Notes: generated from the letters alone by a model not told the origin. Positions 10,433-21,023 are shown, numbered from the stretch's first letter. The stretch is 64,000 nucleotides of DNA from Nitrospirota bacterium (GCA_963701855.1 CAVPBK010000001.1:64001-128000); one strand, 5' to 3'. Program-made: numbers and translations.

Positions 10433-10762
10433 CTAACTCTGTGAGGTCGGGGGATGAAACAGTTGGAAGATCAGAAGGGTGGATGGAGGAAGCTCGTTCA
10501 TTGAGGCAAGGAAACGGCTTGACTCACAATCGGATACACTCAATCGAGAAGTGACGCAATCTTCCGGCATCTCTTGCGGCGAATCGTCCTCGAAATCGGT
10601 CGCCTCCGCGGTGTTACTGAAGTCGCAGGTTTGCCCACTTCCAGTATCGCCGGTCAAACCGCACAAACTATTGAAAGACCACCCGATCTGCGCGGCCGGA
10701 AATACGGTGCAGAATAGCAGCATAAACACGAAAAATGAGACAAATGAACGGATCGTTACCAC
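10433..10762 (-). CDS. small leader protein upstream of czcCBA (N-terminal hydrophobic segment, Cys/acidic middle, C-terminal FHPP)
   Basis: 109 aa, co-oriented, ends 73 bp before czcC; ends LIFQLFHPPTSQS. Confidence 0.65.
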   Translation of the reverse strand: MVTIRSFVSFFVFMLLFCTVFPAAQIGWSFNSLCGLTGDTGSGQTCDFSNTAEATDFEDDSPQEMPEDCVTSRLSVSDCESSRFLASMNELPPSTLLIFQLFHPPTSQS

Positions 10763-10902
10763 AACACCTTATAAATACGAGGATGACGAGGTTGTCAATA
10801 AGTTAGTTGAAATATTAAAGCGGCTTCCCCGGCAGTTACGGCCAGCTAAGACACTCGACGCTATAGTACCCTGCTCTCAGCCTCGGTTACAAGAAGAACT
10901 GT

Positions 10903-10962
10903 TAACCCGCATAATTCATGACGGTTCGTCACGACACCGCCCAAACGCACGTTCCTCATGAA
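10903..10962. repeat. internally deleted copy of MITE-like family 2
   Basis: AACCCGCATAATTCATGACGGTTCGT matches the ends at 57897 and 63907-63932 (reverse). Confidence 0.6.
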
Positions 10963-11287
10963 GCTTATTTCGTTATTCGCGCGCGACTTGCGAGAAAAGC
11001 AGGACTGGCCTGATGTATCATCTTCGCCAGTCGCGCAGGTCATGCCCTTCTCGCTCATCATCCACGAGCGACACTTCACACGCAAGAGCAGCGGGTCGGC
11101 GATTACAGTAGACATGTTTCAGAGATTCTTTCTCAGCAGGACGCCCTCTTGTCCTGTTTCATCAACAAAGGTCTTCAGACTTTCGGCCAAGAGCAAGGAG
11201 GTATCTGGCCTACCGTCTGTCGGCAAAGAGTGGTGCCGGAGTTGAAAGGTCGCGATCCAACTCTTCGGCCCGTCGATCGCGCTGCTA

Positions 11288-12115
11288 CTATTGATCATTC
11301 GCGGCTTCACTCGTGACGATTGTCTGTCGATCACCCTGATCGGCGGATTCCGGTGTCCCGTCGATTCGATGGACGAGAAGCCGTATGACCTCTTCTATTT
11401 CTCCTTGATGGTTGAGATAATACTGCGCCCGAGATCGTGCATGCCGCCCGACACGCACCCCCATGGCCAGCCCTTTGGTCAGTTCAAAGACATCCTCGTC
11501 CGTTTCATCGTCACCGATAAAGAATATGCTGGTTTGCCGGAGGTGAACCATCAGAGCCAACACCGCCGGCCCTTTCCCGCTCTCCCCAGGAGGGAGTACA
11601 TTGACAGACAATTTACCAAAAATGAGTCGAGGCGCTGGCGACAATTGCTGGAGCAGAAGCAGCACGGCCAAGTGCACCTGATTCGGTTCTGTCACGCCTC
11701 GGTAGTGCAGGGTAAGTGAATAGCGCTTGTCTTCGACTTCGACGCCAAGATCCGTTAATGACTGGGCGAAGCGAATGGAAAGGTCCCGCTTCCAACCCTG
11801 ACAGATCTCTTCAGCCCAGAGGAGTGTGGAGACGGGGGTCAGGGAACTCTCGATCCCGTGATTCCCGATCAGGTACGGGACGGTTCCATTGATGCGTGAC
11901 GCGAGATCAGCGAGTGCCCGGCCTGAGACAATGGCGCAGGAGGCACGTTTCGCCAGTTCCTTGATCCACTCGTTGATGGAAGCTGGGATCTGGACGGTGT
12001 CACGATCGGGCGAGATCGGCGCAAGCGTGCCGTCAAAATCGAAGGCATACAGAATGGAGCGGGTCGTGAGGGCGCACAGGGCCCGACGCCCCTCCTCAGA
12101 TAATAAATACATCAT
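11288..12115 (-). CDS. otsB: trehalose-6-phosphate phosphatase (HAD)
   Basis: FDFDGTLAPI, VSGR, GNHG, VEDK..SLTLHYR, GDDETDED; overlaps the otsA stop. Confidence 0.93.
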   Translation of the reverse strand: MMYLLSEEGRRALCALTTRSILYAFDFDGTLAPISPDRDTVQIPASINEWIKELAKRASCAIVSGRALADLASRINGTVPYLIGNHGIESSLTPVSTLLWAEEICQGWKRDLSIRFAQSLTDLGVEVEDKRYSLTLHYRGVTEPNQVHLAVLLLLQQLSPAPRLIFGKLSVNVLPPGESGKGPAVLALMVHLRQTSIFFIGDDETDEDVFELTKGLAMGVRVGRHARSRAQYYLNHQGEIEEVIRLLVHRIDGTPESADQGDRQTIVTSEAANDQ

Positions 12116-14361
12116 GCGGGATCTCCCGTGGTGGTTCGTACATCTCGCGCACCCACTTGCCGGGCGAGGCGGGCTCGTTGCCGCATGCTGGCCGCATCCA
12201 TGAGCATGCGCCCGGCCCAGCGGTACACGTTAAATTCTTGCACGATGCCGCGCATGCTGCGCATCCTGGCTCGCTGCTCGGTCGGCGGCATCGTCAGAGC
12301 CAGGTGCATGGCCGCCGCACACTGATCGATGTTGTATGGATTGATGATCAGCGCCTCGGGTAACTCAGTGGCCGCGCCGGTAAATTGGCTGAGGATCAGC
12401 ACGCCTTGCTCGTCGTCCCGCGCTGCAACAAATTCTTTGGCTACGAGATTCATGCCGTCATGCAGGCTGCTGACGACGCAGAAGTCGGCCCCTCGGTAAT
12501 AGGTGGTGACGTCCTGCGGTTTGTGATGTTCGATCCGTAGATAGATGGGCTGGTACCCCTCTCGGCCGAATCGTTGATTGATGCGTTCGGCCAAGGCCGT
12601 CACTTGCTGCGTGAGCTGCTTATACTGATCGATTTTAGAGCGGCTGGGAGCGGCAATTTGGATGAAGGAGAACGCGCCGACCCATTCCGGCTGCAACTCC
12701 AGAAGTCGTTCAACAGCGAGGAACCGCTCGAGAATGCCCTTCGTATAATCCAGCCGTTCGACGCCGACACCGACGCGATGGGTGAGGGGGATGCCGTTAA
12801 TTACCCGGATGTGGGCCCTGCACTCGGATTCGGACGGCACTGGTGACTGCTCTTGCTTGGGCCACGCGATCGAAATCGGGTAATGATTCACCGCGGTGAG
12901 TTTGCCTTGATAGGAAATCATGGAGCTGTCCCAGTTGATTCTCGTTTCGAGAGAGCGGTCCACGGTATTGATGAAGTTGCTGCAATGGAATCGGGTGTGA
13001 AATCCGAGAATACTGCTCCCCAAGAGCCCTTCGAGGATCTCTCGATACCAGGGACAGATGGCATAGCGTTCCGGATCACTCCACGGGATGTGCCAAAACG
13101 TCACGATTGTCGCGTGCGGCAGATGGTCGCGCACGATCTTGGGCACCAGGGACAGATGGAAATCCTGCACGAGTACGACGGGGTTGTCGGTTTTGGCTTC
13201 CTCGATAATGGCCATCGCAAACCGCTCATTGATCTTTTTGTACTGTTCCCAGTCCGAGGAACGAAAGATGGGGCGGACGTGGGCCAGATGACAGAGCGGC
13301 CAGAGCCCTTCGTTGGCAAATCCATAGTAGTAGCCGTCTTCTTCCTCAGACGACATCCAAATCCTCCTGATCTCGTAGGCAGGGTTGTCCGGCGGGACGC
13401 GGACATGGTCGTGCGCATCGACAACCTCGCGATCAGCCGTGCCACTGCCATGCGCAATCCAGACACCCGAACAGGCACGCATAATCGGTTCGAGGGCGGT
13501 GACGACCCCGCTGGCCGGCACTTGGACTTCGATCTGCTGCCCGTTCCGATTGTGGAGATACGGCTCACGGTTGGAAGCGATCAGCACTTCATCTCCAGCG
13601 AGGTGATCGTGCAGGATCTTCTTGAGGGTGGCCGGCGTCCAGCTCATCTGGCTCTCATCGCGCATACGCTTGTCCGATTCAAGTTCCCGAATCATCGCAC
13701 GCAGATCTTGCGCGACCGGCTGCAGCTCTGAATCCTGCAGCGTATCGCCGCGCAATGCGGCAAGCCCCTCGCCGCGGAGCATTCCTCGTACGCCCGCCAC
13801 CCATCCTCGCCAACTCAGGTGCGCGACCAGCACCGTCACAAGGGAAATTACCACGCCGATGATTGCAAACAGATAGTAGAGGTACCACTTTGTATCGCTG
13901 CTTCGACGCTCCACCCAACTCATGTCGTGGATGAGCATGAGGCGTCCCAGAGGACGGCCGTTGGCTGCTATGTCGACCGCAGAGACATGAACGGGCCCTT
14001 GCTTGAGCCGAACGAGGGTCGTCTGGCCCGCGTTGACGACCGTGGGGCCTGCACAGGGAATCGACTCAGGGTAGGCATGTGTTTTATACGTGAGCTGATT
14101 GTGCGGATCGCAGAACCCGATGGCAAAGAGCCGTTCGTCTGTGGTGATCCGCTGAAAGTAACCCGATAATTTCGCCTTGGACTCGGAAGCAAGCAGCTCG
14201 GTGAGCGGAGCTTCCATCATCCCGGCGATGAGTTGCGAGCGAAGCTCCAAGTCCCGCATGAACCATTTCAGCGTCAGCGTATCAACGAGGGGAATAACGG
14301 CATAGGCCAGGCCGGCGAGCACCAGGGCCAACGGCAGTAAGAATCGAAGCGATAAGCGCAT
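12112..14361 (-). CDS. otsA: trehalose-6-phosphate synthase (GT20) with N-terminal two-TM sensor-like region
   Basis: [44 protein letters not shown]; two hydrophobic helices in the first ~185 aa. Confidence 0.93.
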   Translation of the reverse strand: MRLSLRFLLPLALVLAGLAYAVIPLVDTLTLKWFMRDLELRSQLIAGMMEAPLTELLASESKAKLSGYFQRITTDERLFAIGFCDPHNQLTYKTHAYPESIPCAGPTVVNAGQTTLVRLKQGPVHVSAVDIAANGRPLGRLMLIHDMSWVERRSSDTKWYLYYLFAIIGVVISLVTVLVAHLSWRGWVAGVRGMLRGEGLAALRGDTLQDSELQPVAQDLRAMIRELESDKRMRDESQMSWTPATLKKILHDHLAGDEVLIASNREPYLHNRNGQQIEVQVPASGVVTALEPIMRACSGVWIAHGSGTADREVVDAHDHVRVPPDNPAYEIRRIWMSSEEEDGYYYGFANEGLWPLCHLAHVRPIFRSSDWEQYKKINERFAMAIIEEAKTDNPVVLVQDFHLSLVPKIVRDHLPHATIVTFWHIPWSDPERYAICPWYREILEGLLGSSILGFHTRFHCSNFINTVDRSLETRINWDSSMISYQGKLTAVNHYPISIAWPKQEQSPVPSESECRAHIRVINGIPLTHRVGVGVERLDYTKGILERFLAVERLLELQPEWVGAFSFIQIAAPSRSKIDQYKQLTQQVTALAERINQRFGREGYQPIYLRIEHHKPQDVTTYYRGADFCVVSSLHDGMNLVAKEFVAARDDEQGVLILSQFTGAATELPEALIINPYNIDQCAAAMHLALTMPPTEQRARMRSMRGIVQEFNVYRWAGRMLMDAASMRQRARLARQVGARDVRTTTGDPA

Positions 14362-14409
14362 AGGTCACCTCTCGTTTACTTCGGGCGAAAAATCGCCTAT
14401 GGTAACGGC

Positions 14410-16194
14410 ATGTATCCTTACGCCCTGATCGGCAATTGTCAAACTTCGGCTCTCATCGGATTGACCGGCGCTGTCGAGTGGATGTGCGCCCCGCGGCCCG
14501 ACAGTCCGCCCGTCTTTGGCCGGATGCTCGATCCCGACGGAGGGCATTTCTCTATTTCGAGCCTGATCCCTTCCACCGAACTCATGACCGAGCAACGCTA
14601 TCTTCCGAATACGAATATCCTGCTCACCACCGTCACATTGCCGAACGGCGATGCCTTCCAGATCACCGACTTCTGCCCGCGGTTCGAGCAGTACGGACGC
14701 ATCTACAGGCCGGCGGCGCTGTTCAGGTTGATCGAACCGTTGCAGGGCACTCCGGCCATCCGTGTCAGTTGCCGTCCAGTGTCAGGCTGGGAAAAGACTC
14801 CTGTCAATCCTGTGCGGGGCAGCAATCATCTGCGCTACGACATCCGAGGCGAATCGCTCCGCCTTCTGACCAACATGCCGTTGACCTATCTCTGCGAAGA
14901 GACTCCGGTTGCCCTGACACAGAATTTCAATTTCGGTCTAACGTGGGGCCTCGGCATCGAAGATGACCTCATCAAAGTCACGCACGACTTTCTGGAACAA
15001 ACCACGCGCTATTGGCATACCTGGGTGAAAAACTGTTCGGTGCCGCTGCTGCATCAACAGGAGGTCATCCGCTCCGCTCTGGCCTTGAAGCTCCATTGCT
15101 TCGAAGACACGGGCGCCATTCTGGCGGCCCTGACGACGAGCCTCCCCGAGCAGCCAGGCGGAGGTCGTAACTGGGACTATCGGTACTGCTGGCTGCGCGA
15201 CGCCTATTTTGCGCTCACGGCATTTCATAACCTGGGCCACTTCGAGGAAATGGAGGCCTTTCTCAAGTTTCTGCTGAACATTGCCCACACACATGAACAT
15301 TCCCGTGACCGCCTACGACCGGTCTATACGCTGAGCCAAGGTCTGCCGCTCCCGGAAACCGTGCAAGCGAATTGGGCTGGTTATCGAGGCAGCGTCCCGG
15401 TTCGCAGCCACAACCAAGCAGCGGAGCACGTGCAGAACGACGCCTATGGAGAAATGATTCTGACCTTCACCCCGATCTTCTTCGACGAACGGTTTATCGA
15501 TCTAAGAACCAAAACCCTCGACACGCTCCTGGCCCATTTGGCGAAGTTGTGTGCGCGCAGCATCGGCCAACCGGACGCCGGTCTCTGGGAGATCCGCAAT
15601 GGCTGGCAGGAGCACTCCTTTACAAACTTGATGTCCTGGGCCGGCATCGAACGATTGGAGCGCATCAAACAAGCCGGGCACCTCGGTTCGATCTCCTTGG
15701 ACTTGACCGGCGCACGGGTCCACGCGGCAGATGCCCTCCTCCGAGGCGTACATGGCGGAGCGCTTCGAAACGGCCCGACCGACTCCAGTAATGATGCCGC
15801 CCTCGCCCACCTTCCGATCCTGGGCTACCCAAACCGGGAGCTCTGTGAGTCTACGGTGCTTCACATCACCCACGAACTGTCGCTTCGGCGCGGAAGCGAG
15901 GACACCGGCTTCTTTTACCGCTACGTGCGAAACGACGACTTCGGAAAGCCTGAAGGAGCCTTTGTCATCTGCTCCTTTTGGATTGCCCAAGCGCTCGCCC
16001 GGCTGGGACGGATCCCCGAGGCCAGGACTATTCTTGATCGAGTATTAGTTGCGGCTAATCACGTCGGATTGTTTTCCGAGCATTTCATCCCCGACACGAA
16101 TATTCAGTGCGGCAATTTCCCTCAAGCCTATTCCCATGTCGGTCTTATCAACGCAGCCTTTTCCGTCAGTCCTCCCTGGAGCGACGTGCTCTGA
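14410..16194 (+). CDS. glycoside hydrolase family 15 (trehalase/glucoamylase-like)
   Basis: AALTTSLPE..GG.RNWDYRYCWLRD, DAGLWEIR, EGAFVICSFW, GNFPQAYSHVGLIN. Confidence 0.93.
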   Translation: MYPYALIGNCQTSALIGLTGAVEWMCAPRPDSPPVFGRMLDPDGGHFSISSLIPSTELMTEQRYLPNTNILLTTVTLPNGDAFQITDFCPRFEQYGRIYRPAALFRLIEPLQGTPAIRVSCRPVSGWEKTPVNPVRGSNHLRYDIRGESLRLLTNMPLTYLCEETPVALTQNFNFGLTWGLGIEDDLIKVTHDFLEQTTRYWHTWVKNCSVPLLHQQEVIRSALALKLHCFEDTGAILAALTTSLPEQPGGGRNWDYRYCWLRDAYFALTAFHNLGHFEEMEAFLKFLLNIAHTHEHSRDRLRPVYTLSQGLPLPETVQANWAGYRGSVPVRSHNQAAEHVQNDAYGEMILTFTPIFFDERFIDLRTKTLDTLLAHLAKLCARSIGQPDAGLWEIRNGWQEHSFTNLMSWAGIERLERIKQAGHLGSISLDLTGARVHAADALLRGVHGGALRNGPTDSSNDAALAHLPILGYPNRELCESTVLHITHELSLRRGSEDTGFFYRYVRNDDFGKPEGAFVICSFWIAQALARLGRIPEARTILDRVLVAANHVGLFSEHFIPDTNIQCGNFPQAYSHVGLINAAFSVSPPWSDVL

Positions 16195-16429
16195 ACATCA
16201 TGCCACACGCACGGGACGTTAGCGCCCCTTCTTCACTTGAACAACCGCCGTCGAGCTATCGCTTCTTTGAGATTCTCGGCACTGAACCACACGTTGCATC
16301 GGAGCGCCCGGTCACAAACGAAACAGAGTTGCCTCAGCGCCAGCGTTCCTTCAAATACCAATGGAGACGTGAATGCACGCCCTTTTTCGTAGAAAACGTG
16401 CCACTGCGCTGTGGAGCCAGGAAACGGAC

Positions 16430-16732
16430 CTAGAGAATAGGAGCATGACACAGCGCAGAGACGAGAACCAGCACATCGACAGATGGGTGCGTGTCAGCCA
16501 CTGAAACCGCTTCGAATGAAGACATTAGTTGGAGAAGGGAAGGAGGAACTGCGAACCCTTCAAAAACCGATGTAAACAAGGTGTCAGCGGCCTCAAGGGG
16601 ATTCAGAAGTGTGACTGGCACGCCGAGCATTTCCATCATGATACAGACCAGAGCAACATGACCATCGCCATACATACCCTCCTGCCAAGGCAGTGTTCCT
16701 TGAAGCAATTGTGGCGCAGTTTCGACATTCAA
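16430..16732 (-). pseudogene. probable decayed small leader-type protein (C-terminus SALCHAP, compare FHPP)
   Basis: Hydrophobic stretch split over two frames (VCMAMVML / ALVCIMMEMLGVP); no intact gene follows on this strand. Confidence 0.35.
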
Positions 16733-17006
16733 CGCCTTTACACGCCTCTCTCAGCCTCGATTACAAGAACAGGGCCTCCTCGGTTAGTTATAATAACGTA
16801 TACATATTACGGTACTCTCTCCGGAGTCTTACCCGCTGAGCTATATTGATCAGATCGTAGGAGTTTCCTTTGTTTTTGGCGAAGAGTCGCATGGGTACAC
16901 GGATCTGAGACATCGTTTTGAGGTTTTGCCAAGATCCAGTACATTGGTATTCGATGACAGGACCTCCTCGACCCCCATCCGAAGCTCTCCGGCGGTTCTC
17001 ACTCTG

Positions 17007-17870
17007 TCACCGAACGACGAGCACGGCACAGTTCGCGTGCTGCACCACCCGCGTCGACACGCTGCCGATGAGAAATCTGGCGATGGCGCCGAGCCCTTTG
17101 GCCCCCACCACGATCAGATCGGCCTGCTGTTGGGAGGCTGCCTTCATGATCTCTTCAGCAGGATTCCCAAGGTAACACAGAGGCTCGGCTATGAATCCCG
17201 CTTTCGTCAGCTTATGCACGCTCTGTTCGAGTAATTTCTTGCTTCCCTCCTTCAACCCAGGATACATGACCAACGGCAGCACATGGAGCACGCTCACGTG
17301 AATCGGTACGCGCCCGCCCTTGCCGGTTGAACGATCCGGCTGAAACTTGCTCAGCACAAACCTCAGAGCTTTGGCCGATGCGTCCGATCCATCGGTCGCC
17401 AAGGTAATCCGCCGCAACGGCGATGCCTCGCCCTTGACGACCAGCACGGGGCAGGTCGCGTGATGGATCAGATTCGTCGATACGCTGCCGAGCATGAAAC
17501 GGTCGAGGGCATCAAGACCCTGACTGCCCACTACCAAAAGTCCGTCTCGTTTCGGCGCCCGTTTCAAAATCGTCGGCGCGACCGCTCCCTGCTCCTTGCG
17601 GACCATGCCCTTAATTTTCAGCGAGGCCAACTGATGTCTAGCCTCCTGAAGGGTTTTGACCGAGCGCGCTTCCATGCGCTTGATTTCCTCTTGAATGTAC
17701 CGCTCGGTGCCGGCCATCACCGGCTGCGCCAGAAACGGCGCGCGAAGCGAAGCGACATCCAGCACATGCAGCGCGGTTACCTTGGGCGGCTCAATGAGCG
17801 GCAGCTTGGCCGCCCAGTTCAATGCCCATCCTCCGTACTTCGATCCATCCGTCGCCACAAGCACATTCAT
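17007..17870 (-). CDS. universal stress protein (tandem USP domains)
   Basis: MNVLVATDGS, VVGSQG.....F.LGSVS, GAKGLG....F.IGSVS; paralog of 18018-18896. Confidence 0.93.
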   Translation of the reverse strand: MNVLVATDGSKYGGWALNWAAKLPLIEPPKVTALHVLDVASLRAPFLAQPVMAGTERYIQEEIKRMEARSVKTLQEARHQLASLKIKGMVRKEQGAVAPTILKRAPKRDGLLVVGSQGLDALDRFMLGSVSTNLIHHATCPVLVVKGEASPLRRITLATDGSDASAKALRFVLSKFQPDRSTGKGGRVPIHVSVLHVLPLVMYPGLKEGSKKLLEQSVHKLTKAGFIAEPLCYLGNPAEEIMKAASQQQADLIVVGAKGLGAIARFLIGSVSTRVVQHANCAVLVVR

Positions 17871-17960
17871 GGTGCCCATCCTTTCGATTGAGTGTCCACC
17901 GCGTTCAAATCGACAGACTGAAACCGGCTGTGAACTGCTTCCGGCGACAACCCCTCCAGA
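17867..17960 (-). pseudogene. duplicated 3' fragment of pfp
   Basis: Translates EGLSPEAVHSRFQSVDLNAVDTQSKGWAP*, versus the Pfp C-terminus AGLSPEAFQARFQPVVSGLLDTQSKRGAS*. Confidence 0.75.
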
Positions 17961-18017
17961 GCCAGTCAACAGCCAGTGCCACTGGACACTTGAGACGTCC
18001 CTGTCGTTCTCCCTCTG

Positions 18018-18896
18018 TCATCGAACGACGAGCACGGCGCAGTCAGCGTGCTGCACCACCCGCGTTGACACGCTCCCGAGGAGAAACCGGTCAATGGCGG
18101 CCAGCCCCTTGGCTCCCATCACAATCAGATCGGCATGCTGTTGAGAGGCCACTTTCATAATCTTTTCAGCGGGATTACCAAGCCGACATAGAGGTTCAGC
18201 CGTAAATCCTGCCTCGATCAGTTTCTGCGCGCTCTGTTCAACCAACCTATGGCCTACCTCCTTTACCTTCAGTCCCCGATACTTGGTCCAGGGTATTGTC
18301 GTTCCGATATCGATGGGGGCCAAAGGGTGAGGTGCTATGACATGGATCACGCTTACATGAATCGGCACGTGCCTGCCCTTGCCGGTCGAGCGATCCGGCT
18401 GAAGCTTGGTCAGCACAAACGCCAGGGCTTTGGTCGAGGCGGGCGACCCATCGGTCGCCAAGGCAATTCGCCGCAATGGGACCGCCTCGCCCTTGACGAC
18501 GAGCACAGGACAGGTTGCGTGCTGGATGAGTTTCGTCGATACGCTGCCGAGCGTAAAGCGGTCTAGGGCGTCGAGGCCCTGACTGCCCACCACCAGAAGC
18601 CCGCTCCGTTTCGGCGTGCGTTTCAAGATCGTCGGCGCAATCGCCCCTTGCTCCTTGCGGGCCGTGCCCGTGAGTTTCAGCGACCTCAACTGCTTGGTGA
18701 CTTTCTTAAGAGTTCTTGCCGCGCTCGCTTTCACGCGCTGAGTCTCTAACTTCGTCCAAAACGGCAAACGTAGCTTGGTGTTATCGAGCACGTGCAGCGC
18801 CGTCACATTCGGCAGCTCGACGAGCGGCAGCTTGGCCACCCAGTTTAGTGCCCATCGTCCATACTTCGATCCATCCGTCGCCACAAGCACATTCAT
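18018..18896 (-). CDS. universal stress protein (tandem USP domains)
   Basis: Two USP motifs; ATGA overlap with the pfp stop. Confidence 0.93.
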   Translation of the reverse strand: MNVLVATDGSKYGRWALNWVAKLPLVELPNVTALHVLDNTKLRLPFWTKLETQRVKASAARTLKKVTKQLRSLKLTGTARKEQGAIAPTILKRTPKRSGLLVVGSQGLDALDRFTLGSVSTKLIQHATCPVLVVKGEAVPLRRIALATDGSPASTKALAFVLTKLQPDRSTGKGRHVPIHVSVIHVIAPHPLAPIDIGTTIPWTKYRGLKVKEVGHRLVEQSAQKLIEAGFTAEPLCRLGNPAEKIMKVASQQHADLIVMGAKGLAAIDRFLLGSVSTRVVQHADCAVLVVR

Positions 18897-20179
18897 GATG
18901 CGCCTCTTTTCGATTGAGTATCCAACAGGCCCGAGACAACAGGCTGAAACCGAGCCTGAAATGCCTCAGGCGACAGCCCCGCTATTGTCGCGTAGCGGCC
19001 GAGTGCCACCGGATCCTTGAGATCCTCGTCGGACAGCCGAATCATGTACTGACGCGCAATCTGGTACGACTGCGCCGTGATATCCACCATCCGCACCTTC
19101 GCCCGGCCGCTGACGGGGTCCACCATCTGCTTGAAAGAAATCGGTGTAAACCGTCCATTTTGGATCGATACCATGGCCGCCGTACCTTCATCGAGAAGAA
19201 ACTGCGCCGCACAATAGCCAAGATCGCGAGTGTATTCCATATCGAACGGAATCGGGTCCGCACAGCGTAATTCATAACCCACATTCTTACTGACGATTGA
19301 CGCAGCAAGTCCCAAGGCTTTCATGCCTTTCGTGACTTCACGCCGGAGCACATCGCCGATATCCACGTCTGCTAAACGCAGATGGCCATGCTCATCCCGC
19401 TCGACGTGGTCCAATCCACCCAGATCTCGCGGGTCAAGAATCTCGATCAGTCCTTCCGCCAACACCACCACCCCGTCGGAACGTTCTCCGCTGAGCCGCT
19501 TGATCATCGTCCCAATCACGAGATCTACCACGCGCTGAAGTCTCACGGGCCGCTCCCGAAATTCCTCAGGAATGACGGTGAGGGTGGCGCCGGCGGCTTT
19601 GCCGACTCCGAGCGCCAAATGGCCGGCTTTGCGTCCCATAGTGACGACGAAGTACCAGCGCGCCGTGGTGTGGGCGTCCACCATGAGATTCTTGACGATC
19701 TCGACGGCGACATGCCGGGCCGTTTGAAAACCGAACGTTGGAATACCGTGCGGAAGATCCAGATCGTTATCGATCGTCTTCGGCACATGCACGACTTGAA
19801 TGCGCCCGGCCGCCTGTTCTTCCAGTTTGAGCGATGAGAAGGCCGTATCGTCTCCGCCGATGGTTACCAGGCGCGTGATGCCCAGACTCATCAAGGAGGA
19901 GAGGACGATGGAAAGAGACTCAGGCTTCTTCGTCGGATTCGCCCGCGAGGTACCAAGGCACGATCCGCCTCGGTAGTGAATGCGACTGACTTCTTCAATG
20001 GAAAGAGGACGGACATGACTCGTACTCCCTTCCATCAGCCATTTAAATCCGTCGATGATACCAGTGACGTCGTAGCCGCCGAGGATACTGCGGATCGTGA
20101 CCGCGCTGATGACACTATTGATCCCCGGCGCTGGCCCGCCCCCGACTAGAATACCGACGGTTGTGCGCGAAGAATTCAT
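18893..20179 (-). CDS. pfp: pyrophosphate-dependent phosphofructokinase
   Basis: GGGPAPGIN, GGDDT (Asp at the PPi-specificity position), PKTIDNDL, MGRKAG, GYELRC. Confidence 0.9.
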   Translation of the reverse strand: MNSSRTTVGILVGGGPAPGINSVISAVTIRSILGGYDVTGIIDGFKWLMEGSTSHVRPLSIEEVSRIHYRGGSCLGTSRANPTKKPESLSIVLSSLMSLGITRLVTIGGDDTAFSSLKLEEQAAGRIQVVHVPKTIDNDLDLPHGIPTFGFQTARHVAVEIVKNLMVDAHTTARWYFVVTMGRKAGHLALGVGKAAGATLTVIPEEFRERPVRLQRVVDLVIGTMIKRLSGERSDGVVVLAEGLIEILDPRDLGGLDHVERDEHGHLRLADVDIGDVLRREVTKGMKALGLAASIVSKNVGYELRCADPIPFDMEYTRDLGYCAAQFLLDEGTAAMVSIQNGRFTPISFKQMVDPVSGRAKVRMVDITAQSYQIARQYMIRLSDEDLKDPVALGRYATIAGLSPEAFQARFQPVVSGLLDTQSKRGAS

Positions 20180-20201
20180 GATGCGAGAACTCCTTTTGAT
20201 G

Positions 20202-21023
20202 CTAATCCGAGTTTCTCAAATACACTGACCAATAGACCAGGGCCACTAGGATTGTCCCGCCAAGAACGTTACCCATCGTCACCAGCGCGAGATTGCTCAA
20301 GGCGCCGAGTACTGAAAGCGGGGCTGATCCACCGGCTGCCAGCGCAATGCCGACCGGAAGAAAATACATGTTGGCGACGGAATGTTCAAACCCGCAGGCG
20401 ATGAACGCGGTGATCGGAAATACGATGGCGAGAATCTTATCGGTCACGCTCCGCGCTCCCATGCACAACCAGACTGCCAAACAGACCAGCACGTTGCAGA
20501 GGATGCCACGGGCCACCGCCGAGACCGGATCGAGCGCGATCTTGCTGCGCGCGATCTGGACCATCGTCTCCCCGACTGCGCCATGGCCCATGCTTTGTAT
20601 GCCGGCCAGCCATACTAAAGCCGCTGTTCCAACCGCTCCAACCAAGTTGCCGAGATAGACCCATCCCCAGTTCCTCATGATTTGTTGTGTCGTCACCCGG
20701 CCGGAGGCCCAAGCCATGGCAATCAGGTTATTGCCGGTAAAGAGTTCCGCTCCGCCCACCACCACCAGAATGAGCCCTAAACTAAATGTGACGCCCCCTG
20801 CGAGGCGGAGGAGCCCGAAGGGGACCGTAGCCTCATTCCCAGTGGTCACGGTGACCGTGTAAAACAACGCGCCCAGCGCAATAAAGGCCCCAGCCAAGAC
20901 GGCCAGGGCGAACATAGTCAGGACCGGCAGCGCAGCTTTTGTGACGCCGACTTCACGCACCCGCATGGCGATCTGCGCAGGAGCGTAGGCATCGAGCAGA
21001 CTGTTGGTTGCGCTCTGTTCCAT
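20202..21023 (-). CDS. focA: formate/nitrite transporter (FNT)
   Basis: GAELFTGN, GILCNVLVCLAVW, FEHSVANM, GNVLGG; directly downstream of the FDH alpha gene. Confidence 0.92.
   Translation of the reverse strand: MEQSATNSLLDAYAPAQIAMRVREVGVTKAALPVLTMFALAVLAGAFIALGALFYTVTVTTGNEATVPFGLLRLAGGVTFSLGLILVVVGGAELFTGNNLIAMAWASGRVTTQQIMRNWGWVYLGNLVGAVGTAALVWLAGIQSMGHGAVGETMVQIARSKIALDPVSAVARGILCNVLVCLAVWLCMGARSVTDKILAIVFPITAFIACGFEHSVANMYFLPVGIALAAGGSAPLSVLGALSNLALVTMGNVLGGTILVALVYWSVYLRNSD

Noticed and set aside
10958..11290. Short overlapping ORFs between the czc leader and otsB
   Set aside because: No motif, RBS or consistent strand signal; coding status cannot be supported
16846..16871. FNR-like TTGAT-CAGA-TCGTA and a weak TAGGA-N4-CCTTT box
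   Set aside because: The right half-sites are poor and no intact downstream gene supports them
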